A stretch of 64,000 nt of DNA, taken from NCBI GenBank assembly GCA_965222665.1, contig CBDCUM010000007.1, forward strand, positions 22,058 to 86,057. Direction: 5' to 3'. Below are positions 48,613 to 56,208 of the stretch, piece by piece (within the stretch, counting starts at the first letter, position 1; each line of letters begins with the position of its first letter). The notes under the pieces are model-generated. The model ran no database searches. It saw only the letters and a list, made by a program, of their open reading frames with translations, and was not told the DNA's origin. Position numbers and translations under genes: made by a program. Origin of the DNA: Rhodobacterales bacterium (GTDB taxonomy: Bacteria > Pseudomonadota > Alphaproteobacteria > Rhodobacterales > CAZPXZ01).

Positions 48613-49797
48613 TCAGGATGCGAGCCGCTCGCGGATCGCGACCGCGGCCGCCGCGAGCTGGCGCTGCTCCCCATCGGAGAGGGGAAACTCCTCCACCTCG
48701 ACGAGGCCCTTCGTGGAGAGATGGCACGGCACTCCCAGCGGCACGCGCTCGATGCCGTATTCACCGGTGAGCATGACCGTCGCGGGAACCGCGCCGGCCC
48801 GAGCACCGCGCATATGCTCCAGCAATTCCAGGACCGCATGGGCCGGGGCAAGATTGGCCGATCCGATCTTCCGGAGAGAGACTACCCGTGCACCCCCTTC
48901 CACCGCCTGCCGGACGCAGTCCTCAATCGCGGCAGGCGAAAGGAATCGCTCCAGCGGCTGACCCCGGATGCGGGCGCGGGATATGAGTGGAACCATTTCG
49001 TCCCCATGGCTGCCGAGCACCATCGCCTCGACATTGCTGATCGGAACACCGGCCGCCGTCGCCAGCGCGCCCCTGAGGCGGGCCGAATCCAGCGTCCCCG
49101 CCATCCCGATCACGCGCTCCCGCGGAAAGCCCGTGGCATGGAATGCCTCCGCGGTCATTTCGTCCAGCGGGTTCGAGACGACAACCACCACCGTATTCGG
49201 CGCCGCATCCCGAACCGTCTCGGCTACCCGCCGCATCGTCCGCCGGTTCGCCTGCAGCAGGTCCGCCCGCCGCATGCCGGGTGCGCGTGGCCGTCCCGCC
49301 GTGATCACGACGACATCGGCCCCGGCAGCGCCGGCAAGGTCCACCCCCCCTGCGGCGCGCGTCGACGAGCACGTAATCCCGGCCGCGTGGTCGAGATCAA
49401 GCGCGATGGATTCCGCCAGGCCGGGAACAATGTCGATCAGGACGACCTCGCTCGCCGTTCCGCCCGCAGCCGCCAGATGCGCCAGCGCTCCGCCGACTCC
49501 GCCCGCGCCCACAATCGCGAGCCGGCCGATCCGCTCCGCCCGGGGGCGCGGCGATGGGCGGGCGGCGGCCCAGCCCGGATTGCGGCGGTAAAGGCCGCGG
49601 TAGAGCGCCGTGGGCCCGGCGACTGCCGGACGTGCCGGCGACTCCAGGGGCCCGGTTCGAAGACGCACTTTGAGGCGGGCCGCAGTCTCCCGCGCCTGCT
49701 CCGTGACAATTGCGCCGGGGACCAATTCGATCTGCCGCCGCCCGCGCCGGCTCGCCCGCTCCACATGCTCCGCACCAATGACAGGTCGGCCACTCAC
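48613..49797 (-). CDS. malate dehydrogenase (LDH-like MDH family) with an 80-aa N-terminal extension
   Basis: Core: LAIVGAGGVGGALA, ITAGRPRAPGMRRADLL (Arg at the substrate-specificity position, so MDH-type), VVVSNPLD, VLGSHGDEMVPL. Extension: VSGRPVIGAEHVERASRRGRRQIELVPGAIVTEQARETAARLKVRL plus a Pro/Ala/Arg linker. GTG 49797 overlaps the BMC-T TGA (GTGA). Confidence 0.8.
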   Translation of the reverse strand: MSGRPVIGAEHVERASRRGRRQIELVPGAIVTEQARETAARLKVRLRTGPLESPARPAVAGPTALYRGLYRRNPGWAAARPSPRPRAERIGRLAIVGAGGVGGALAHLAAAGGTASEVVLIDIVPGLAESIALDLDHAAGITCSSTRAAGGVDLAGAAGADVVVITAGRPRAPGMRRADLLQANRRTMRRVAETVRDAAPNTVVVVVSNPLDEMTAEAFHATGFPRERVIGMAGTLDSARLRGALATAAGVPISNVEAMVLGSHGDEMVPLISRARIRGQPLERFLSPAAIEDCVRQAVEGGARVVSLRKIGSANLAPAHAVLELLEHMRGARAGAVPATVMLTGEYGIERVPLGVPCHLSTKGLVEVEEFPLSDGEQRQLAAAAVAIRERLAS

Positions 49798-50134
49798 GGG
49801 ATGGGTCGCCCTTCCACTTCGCCAAGCGCCGTTGTCGCCGCTTCCATTGCGGCCTCGACGGAGGCCTCCGCGCCGGAAATGAAGAACCGGCCGTAGCGGC
49901 CGACCGCCCGCACCTGCGCGATGTCGATCTCGGCGGCCTTCTCCGCTTCGTTGATTGCGAGGCTGACATAGGCGGCGGGGGAGCATTCCAGAATTCCGAG
50001 GGTCTGGCCGGGCACGACGAGCGAGCCGGACGACCACTTGTTGAGTAGTTGCGCCTGGTAGGGCTCCACCGAGGTGATGATCTGCTGCGATTCCACATGC
50101 GGGCGCAGCCGGTCGGTGATCGACATTCCGAGAT
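49794..50134 (-). pseudogene. BMC-T shell protein, second (C-terminal) permuted BMC domain, cut off by IS-A copy 2
   Basis: ..ITDRLRPHVESQQIITSVEPYQAQLL..GQTLGILECSPAAYVSLAINEAEKAAEIDIAQVRAVGRYGRFFISGAEASVEAAMEAA has the strand order of permuted BMC domains (EutL/PduB/EutS-like). It joins in frame to 52653..52946. Confidence 0.7.
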
Positions 50135-52652
50135 CAGACTTCCTGACCTCGTGCGCTAATTGAAGGCGGGCTTGGCGATCGTTTTGCTCGTGATTTCCAG
50201 CAGTTAGGAGACATTTGAGGGGTTGACCGATCTACGGAGAGTGGCTATAATACTGTGCACCCGATATCGACCGTGGAGACTCCCTTGAACACGCTTCCGA
50301 TGCCTCCTGCCGAGGCGATCCAGATCGGCGAATCCTGCTTTTCGCACGCGGTCGAGGACGGCCGGCGGGTCTACTTCAGCAACCTGGCGCCGTTCGATTC
50401 CCACGAAGTTTCGGACAACCGAGCGCGACAGCTGCGGATTGCGCGGTTTGCCGAGCACGGTGTGCTACGCAGGGATCTGGCGGCGGCGTTTGGCGTGAAC
50501 CGTTCGACGGTGCAGCGGGCAGTGAACCAGCTCCGGAGGCAGGGCGAGGCCGGTTTTCTTACGCCGCGACGGAGGCGCGGGCCGAGCGCGATCGACGCCG
50601 CGACGGCGCGGGAGGCGGAGCGGCTTCTGGCCTCGGGGCTGAGCGGCCGGGCGGTTGCGCGAAAGCTGGGGATCCGGCCGAGCACGTTCAGCCTCAACCG
50701 CCGGTCGGGTGTTATCAGAGGGGGGACGCCGAACCGGGCCGTGCCGGCGCAGGCGACAGCGTCGACGGAGCCGCAGGCGACGGCAGTGCTGGAGCCGCCG
50801 GTGGTCGCGTCGACGGAGCCACAGGCGGCGGCAGCGCCGGAGCCGAGGGTGGAGCGGAGCGAACGGGACGCACGCGACCGCGAGGCGCCGATGGGTCGGG
50901 GCACCCGGGACACGGCGGGGCGGATGCTGGCGGCAACGGGACATCTGACGGAGATGCGGCCGCAGTTTGCGGAGCCGCTGTCGGCGGTTGCCGGCGGCGG
51001 CGTGCTGGCCGGGCTGCCGATGCTGCTCAAGGAGGGGCTTCTGGACCGCGCGCGGGAGTTCCTGTCGCTGCCCAAGGGATACTACGGTTTGACCACGGTT
51101 CTGCTGTTCCTGGCCTTCCTCACCCTGGCCCGGGTGCGCAATCCGGAGGCACTGCGGCACCAGGCGCCCGGGGAATGGGGCGCCATCCTGGGCCTGGACC
51201 GCTGCCCGGAGGTGAAGACGCTGCGGGGCAAGATCAAGGCGTTGGGGCGAGACGTGCAACGGGTGCGGGACTGGCAAGCTTCCCTGGCCGCGGGATGGAT
51301 GGCGGAAGAACCGGACGTGTGTGCGACCCTGTCGGTGGATGGCCACGTCAAGGTGTATTCCGGCCGCAAGGGAAAATTGCCCAAGCATTACGTGGCGCGC
51401 CAGAAACTCTGCCTGCCTGCCTCCACGAGCTACTGGATCAACGCGCTCGGCGGCAAGCCGTTCCTGTGCCTGAACAAGGCGCTGGATCCGACCATGACCC
51501 ACGCGCTGGAGAAGGACATCCTGCCCGCGCTGGAGAAACTGGGCATGCTGGGCCCGGATGCACCGGACCTCACCGTCCCGGACGCCGGCGAGCCCGCCCT
51601 GACGCTGGTCTTCGACCGGGAAGGCTGGAGCCCTGCCCTGTTCCGGCGCCTCGCCCGGCGCGGGGTTGCTGTGATCACCTGGCACAAGGGCTTCAAGGGG
51701 GAGGCCTGGCCGGAGGCGGACTTCCGCACCGTCACGGTGCCCATCCACGGGCCGGGAAGCACCCGCAGCGCCACCGTCCGCCTCGCCGAGAAGAGCGTGA
51801 TCCTGAGCAAGGGGCCCGAAGTCCGCCAGATCCGGCGCCTGCTGGAGAATGGCCGCCAGGTGCCCCTCATCACCACCGACCCCCGCATGCCCATGGAGCG
51901 GGCCGCCAGCGCCCTGTTCTCCCGATGGTCGCAGGAGAACTTCTTCAAATACATGCGCGAGGAGTTCAATCTCGACGCGCTGGCGGTCCACGGTTTGGAA
52001 GCACAGGATCCCGACGCCCGCATCGTCAACCCGCGCTGGCGCGCAATCGACCGCAATGTCCAGCGCTTCCGGCAGCGCCTTGGCACCCTGCGCAACCGGA
52101 TCGCCGACCTGTCCAGGGGAACCCCGACCCGCGAAGCCGAAGAGGCCGTCCGGCGCCTGCAGGCCCAAAGCGACGCTCTCGACGCCGAGCGTGAAGCCCT
52201 CAAGCTGCAGCGCCGCGATACACCGCGACATATCGCGGTCGCCGAACTCGACACGAACGAGGCACTCGACGCGCTCCCCGAAGGCGAGAAACTCCTCCTC
52301 GATATAATCCGCATGATCGCCTACCGCGCTGAAACCCGCATGATGCCCGCCGTTGCCCAGACCCAGGGCAAGATCCAGCGCCCCCGCCGGCACTTGCGCG
52401 CACTTCTACGGGCCGACGCCGACGTCATCCCGGAGCACGGCAACGGCATCCTCCGCGTTCGCATACTCGGCACCGCCAGCGATGCCGGCGACAACGCCAT
52501 CGCAAGCCTCCTCGAAGAACTCAACCAGACACGGACCGTCTTCCCCGGTACCAACATGCACATGGTCTATGAACTACCCGGAAAAATCGCCGAGCCCCAC
52601 TTCGCGGGTGCAAAAACATGACACTCTCTCGAGTTCGAGGTCAGGAAGTCTG
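50135..52652 (+). mobile_element. IS-A, copy 2 (identical to copy 1, inverted orientation), 2518 bp
   Basis: Same 17-bp IRs at 50135-50151 and 52636-52652. The 5-bp duplication GAGAT lies at 50130-50134 and 52653-52657. Confidence 0.92.
50255..52621 (+). CDS. IS-A transposase (identical 788-aa protein)
   Basis: Track ORF identical to 32326..34692. Confidence 0.85.
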   Translation: MHPISTVETPLNTLPMPPAEAIQIGESCFSHAVEDGRRVYFSNLAPFDSHEVSDNRARQLRIARFAEHGVLRRDLAAAFGVNRSTVQRAVNQLRRQGEAGFLTPRRRRGPSAIDAATAREAERLLASGLSGRAVARKLGIRPSTFSLNRRSGVIRGGTPNRAVPAQATASTEPQATAVLEPPVVASTEPQAAAAPEPRVERSERDARDREAPMGRGTRDTAGRMLAATGHLTEMRPQFAEPLSAVAGGGVLAGLPMLLKEGLLDRAREFLSLPKGYYGLTTVLLFLAFLTLARVRNPEALRHQAPGEWGAILGLDRCPEVKTLRGKIKALGRDVQRVRDWQASLAAGWMAEEPDVCATLSVDGHVKVYSGRKGKLPKHYVARQKLCLPASTSYWINALGGKPFLCLNKALDPTMTHALEKDILPALEKLGMLGPDAPDLTVPDAGEPALTLVFDREGWSPALFRRLARRGVAVITWHKGFKGEAWPEADFRTVTVPIHGPGSTRSATVRLAEKSVILSKGPEVRQIRRLLENGRQVPLITTDPRMPMERAASALFSRWSQENFFKYMREEFNLDALAVHGLEAQDPDARIVNPRWRAIDRNVQRFRQRLGTLRNRIADLSRGTPTREAEEAVRRLQAQSDALDAEREALKLQRRDTPRHIAVAELDTNEALDALPEGEKLLLDIIRMIAYRAETRMMPAVAQTQGKIQRPRRHLRALLRADADVIPEHGNGILRVRILGTASDAGDNAIASLLEELNQTRTVFPGTNMHMVYELPGKIAEPHFAGAKT

Positions 52653-52946
52653 GAGATAGGAAAGGATTGCCTCCCGGGCTGCGGAGATTTCGGAGTTGAG
52701 CGGCGAGCGCAAAATGAAGAACCCGAACTCGCGCTCGACGATCTGGCTGGTGGCCTCGGCCCGGCTCGCCTTCAGCGCCTTGTCGATGGCAGTAAACACC
52801 TCGTTTCCGGGCGCGACCTCGCCGATCAGGATGGTGTCGCCCGCGAGGGGGATGGAGCCCTGCACCGTCGCACCGTTGTAGGCGGCGAATTTCGGCTGTA
52901 GCCGGTCGATCTGGACCAGCGCACGGATGGTGACCCGCGAAGCCAT
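52653..52946 (-). pseudogene. BMC-T shell protein, first permuted BMC domain, truncated by IS-A copy 2
   Basis: MASRVTIRALVQIDRLQPKFAAY..GDTILIGEVAPGNEVFTAIDKALKASRAE..FGFFILRS..AREAILSYL, then the IS end. The start overlaps the ALDH stop by 1 nt. Confidence 0.7.
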
Positions 52947-54334
52947 CAGGCATCCCCTCCATAGGCGTCATAGACGCTCCGCCAAGGCGTGGATTCCCAG
53001 GCGACCCGCTTGATATTGATCAAGTGCAATGCGGTGACATTGTCGCTGGTGATCGAACCCGATGCGGTTCCGGTTCCTAGCATGAAACTGGGCTCGAGCG
53101 CCGTCGAATATCCCATTCCGCCCGTGAGCGCCGGGGTGTTGACGAGCACCCGTCCGGTCGGCAGCCGGGAGAACGCAGCCACGACGTCCGGGTCCCGCGT
53201 GTGCACGACGCTGGTGTGGCCCCACCCCCCCCGGCGAACCACCTGATCCGCGAGAGCGATCCCGGCCTCGCGGCTCGGGGCCTCGTACCAGGCAAGCACG
53301 GGATTGAGCTTCTCCGCGGATAGCGGCTCTCCCGGCCCGACTTCCGCGGCCTCGGCCACCAGCACGCGGGTCCGTGCCGGAACCTCGAACCCGGAAAGCG
53401 AGGCGAGGCGAGGCGCGGATTGCCCGACATTGGCCACGATGAAGGCCCCGTCCCTGTCGAAGATCACCCGCGCGAGCCGCCCTGCCTCGGTCGCGGTGCA
53501 GAAATACGCGCCGCGAAGCTTCATCTCGTGGCGAAGCTGCCGCGCAACACTCCGGTCGGCAATGACGGCCTGCTCCGCAACGCAGGCGGTGCCGTAGTCG
53601 AATGACTTCGAAGCAATGATCTGCTCCGCTACCTCGTCCAAATCATTGGCCATCGATTCATGCACATAGACCGGCACGTTGCCCGGCCCGACGGCCAGCG
53701 TGGGCTTCCCGGAGGAATAGGCGGCGCGGACCATGGCGGAGCCGCCTGTCGCCATCACCACGGATGTGCGCCGGTGCCGCATCAGCGCGTCCGTGCCCTC
53801 CACGGTGACCTCGCTCAGACACTGGATCAGCCCCGCGGGAGCCCCTGCCCGCTCCGCCGCACCCGCCAGCACTTCCGCAGTGGCGAGCCCGCAGCGTGCG
53901 CCCCGGGGATGGGGAGCGCAGACGATGGCATTGCCCGCCTTCACCGCGGAAAGGGCCTTGTAAATGATCGTGGAGGTGGGATTGGTCACTGGAATCAGCG
54001 CCGCCACGACCCCCATGGGTTCGCCGATCGCAGCAATCCGGCTCGCCTCATCGCGCCAGAGCACGCCGAGCGTGCGCACGCCCCGCAGCCATTCTGCGAC
54101 CTCGAGCGCATTGAACAGGTTCTTGATTCGCTTGTCCGCAATGTTGCCGTAGCGCGTCTCCTCCACGGCGAGGCGGGCAAGCCGCGTCGCCTCCGGCTCG
54201 ATCGCGCGCGCCATCTCCCCAACGATTTCGTCAATCGCCTCCGGCGGTGTGTCGCGGAACGCCAGATGTGCCTCCCACGCACGCTCGGCGGCGCGGCGGG
54301 CCGCGGCAATCGATCGAAGATCGCCATCCATCAC
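52946..54334 (-). CDS. CoA-acylating aldehyde dehydrogenase (EutE/PduP/AdhE-N type)
   Basis: IPVTNPTST; VMATGGSAMV; AVGPGNVPV; catalytic Cys in SFDYGTACVAEQAV; 462 aa. The start (GTG 54334 or ATG 54331) overlaps the upstream TGA. Confidence 0.85.
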   Translation of the reverse strand: MMDGDLRSIAAARRAAERAWEAHLAFRDTPPEAIDEIVGEMARAIEPEATRLARLAVEETRYGNIADKRIKNLFNALEVAEWLRGVRTLGVLWRDEASRIAAIGEPMGVVAALIPVTNPTSTIIYKALSAVKAGNAIVCAPHPRGARCGLATAEVLAGAAERAGAPAGLIQCLSEVTVEGTDALMRHRRTSVVMATGGSAMVRAAYSSGKPTLAVGPGNVPVYVHESMANDLDEVAEQIIASKSFDYGTACVAEQAVIADRSVARQLRHEMKLRGAYFCTATEAGRLARVIFDRDGAFIVANVGQSAPRLASLSGFEVPARTRVLVAEAAEVGPGEPLSAEKLNPVLAWYEAPSREAGIALADQVVRRGGWGHTSVVHTRDPDVVAAFSRLPTGRVLVNTPALTGGMGYSTALEPSFMLGTGTASGSITSDNVTALHLINIKRVAWESTPWRSVYDAYGGDA

Positions 54335-55521
54335 CGCTCTCCCCGGGCAACCGCATCCATGGCGCGGCGCGCATCGTCCAGATTGCCCGTATCGATGCCG
54401 ATCGCATCAAGCCGACGCCCGGCATTGACGAGCCCGCCCCCGAGCGCCGCCTGCGCAAGGGTTGCAACTGAGCGCGTCACAGGCGCATCGAGGCCCGCGG
54501 CATCGGCAGCGGAAAGAAGCGGGATCAGGGATCCGATCACCGCGCAGCGGGCGAGGCGGGCCGCTTCATCCGTGGACGGGGCCGGGCGCAGCCCTTCCCC
54601 GGCTTCCGCCCCGGCACACATCTCGATCCACTCACCGGTGCCGGGCAGGTTGCGAACGCCCCAGCGCGCGGCCACCCGGCGGCGTTCCGCGGCCATCGCG
54701 TCGATCACCGCCTCGTGGCGCAAGCCGATGAGCGCACGAAAATTGGACCGCTCCTCCAGGGGTTCCGCCCCCGGCGGCAATTCCAGTCCGCCCGGCGGGC
54801 ATAGCGGCCCTCCGAGCAGAAGCGCCGGGATCTCCACGAGCCCGCTGCCGTCGGCGAAGCCGCCATGTACTACGGTCGGCACCGGACGGAGATTCGGGAG
54901 GTATCGCGACACGCCCTGCACCGCGTCGAGCCGGTCGCTTGGCAAGGCGGCGGCCGGAACCGGCGCAGCGCGGGTGAGATGGAGGGCCGAGCCCTCCTCG
55001 CGGATCCAGTATGGAGGGCCCTGGGTCTCCACGAGCGCGAAGTCGGCCACGCAACCGCCGGCACGGAGCAGCCAGGCCGCCTCGAGAGCACCCAGCGAAC
55101 GGCCCGGTGCCATTGCCAGAATTTGTCCGTCCGAGAGGTGCTCGGCCAGCACCATGGCGTAGGTCCGCTGCTTCAGCACCGGTCCCGTGAGAAAGATCAG
55201 CTCCGCGCCCTGAATCGCGGAGTCCAATTCTCCAGAGAGCCGGATGGAAGGGCCCTCGGCCCGGTTCACGGCAAAGGTTCCCACCGGGCCGGTCCCCCGG
55301 AGCGTGATCCCGCCAGCGCGCCGCAACGGCTCCATCTCGCGCCCATAGGCCGAGAACAGTGTCACCTCCGCGCCACCTGCAAGGCAGAGGCACGCCAGGA
55401 GGCGCGCTTCCGGCCCGCCTCCAAGCACTGCCACGCGGTCCAGCGTCGGCGTTGGTGACGGGCGCGGCGCCGCGCCCTCCTCGAGCGCGTTCGCAAAGGC
55501 CTCGAATTCCGCTCCGCTCAT
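54331..55521 (-). CDS. opine (octopine/nopaline) dehydrogenase-family NAD(P) oxidoreductase with N-terminal amphipathic helix plus Pro-rich linker
   Basis: Rossmann RVAVLGGGPEARLLA, ..AELIFLTGPV.., ..ILAMAPGRSLGALEA, ..AAERRRVAARWGV..GEWI and ..VIGSLIPLLSAADAAGLDAPVT are collinear with my memory of Arthrobacter CENDH-type opine dehydrogenase. The N-terminus is MSGAEFEAFANALEEG-AAPRPSPTPTL. Confidence 0.7.
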   Translation of the reverse strand: MSGAEFEAFANALEEGAAPRPSPTPTLDRVAVLGGGPEARLLACLCLAGGAEVTLFSAYGREMEPLRRAGGITLRGTGPVGTFAVNRAEGPSIRLSGELDSAIQGAELIFLTGPVLKQRTYAMVLAEHLSDGQILAMAPGRSLGALEAAWLLRAGGCVADFALVETQGPPYWIREEGSALHLTRAAPVPAAALPSDRLDAVQGVSRYLPNLRPVPTVVHGGFADGSGLVEIPALLLGGPLCPPGGLELPPGAEPLEERSNFRALIGLRHEAVIDAMAAERRRVAARWGVRNLPGTGEWIEMCAGAEAGEGLRPAPSTDEAARLARCAVIGSLIPLLSAADAAGLDAPVTRSVATLAQAALGGGLVNAGRRLDAIGIDTGNLDDARRAMDAVARGER

Positions 55522-55573
55522 TGTCGCTCAGGACCGCGCTGGCCGCTCCACGGAGCCGCACGCCATTCCCGTG

Positions 55574-55873
55574 TCAGCCGCCAATGGCGTCCAGCATCGG
55601 CGCAAGGTCATCATGTGGGCGTGGAATCACGTGCACGGCAACCACTTCTCCAACCTTGTCGGCCGCGACCCCGCCCGCGTCGGTCGCGGCCTTCACCGCG
55701 CCCACCTCTCCACGGATCAGCGTGGCGACCAGCCCGCCGCCGGAGCGCGACTGCCCAACCAACTCGACATTGGCGGCCTTCACCATCGCGTCCGCGGCCT
55801 CGATCGCCGCCACGAGCCCGCGGGTCTCGATCATGCCGAGGGCACTGTGGCTGGCAGGTCTTTTCTGGTTCAT
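55574..55873 (-). CDS. BMC-H hexameric shell protein (PduA/EutM/CcmK-like)
   Basis: [66 protein letters not shown] 55873 follows AAGGAAG. An alternative GTG 55891 overlaps the BMC-P stop (GTGA). Confidence 0.9.
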   Translation of the reverse strand: MNQKRPASHSALGMIETRGLVAAIEAADAMVKAANVELVGQSRSGGGLVATLIRGEVGAVKAATDAGGVAADKVGEVVAVHVIPRPHDDLAPMLDAIGG

Positions 55874-55887
55874 TGGAGCTTCCTTCT

Positions 55888-56208
55888 TCACTTGCGGCGC
55901 GCCGGCCGGTCCACGCGCAACGCATTGAGATCCACGTCGCGTGAGCCCACCGACATGTGGTCGACGACAGCAACCGCGGTAGCGTCAGTCGGAACCCCGG
56001 CAGTCTGTCCGGCGATCCGGGCCGCAGACCCGGTCGCAACCAGCACAACGTCGCCAGGGCCCGCATCGCAGGCATCGGTCAGCACAAGGCCAGCCTCGAG
56101 GATCTTCCCATCCGGAGCAATGGCGTCCGCGATCAGCATTCGGTGCCCCGACAGCTGCCCGGCCTTGATGGAGGCGGACACCCGCCCGATTATCCGAGCG
56201 ATGCGCAT
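55888..56208 (-). CDS. BMC-P pentameric vertex protein (EutN/CcmL/PduN-like)
   Basis: [54 protein letters not shown] 56208 overlaps the stop of the GS-like gene by 1 nt. Confidence 0.85.
   Translation of the reverse strand: MRIARIIGRVSASIKAGQLSGHRMLIADAIAPDGKILEAGLVLTDACDAGPGDVVLVATGSAARIAGQTAGVPTDATAVAVVDHMSVGSRDVDLNALRVDRPARRK

Noticed and set aside
32295-52652. Composite transposon formed by the two identical IS-A copies
   Set aside because: Each copy has its own matching 5-bp target duplication (AATTT and GAGAT), and each interrupts a different reconstructable gene. They were therefore inserted independently.
55574-56208. Carboxysome
   Set aside because: I saw no RuBisCO, carbonic anhydrase or CsoS2/CcmM-type genes. 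The presence of an acylating aldehyde dehydrogenase indicates a catabolic metabolosome.
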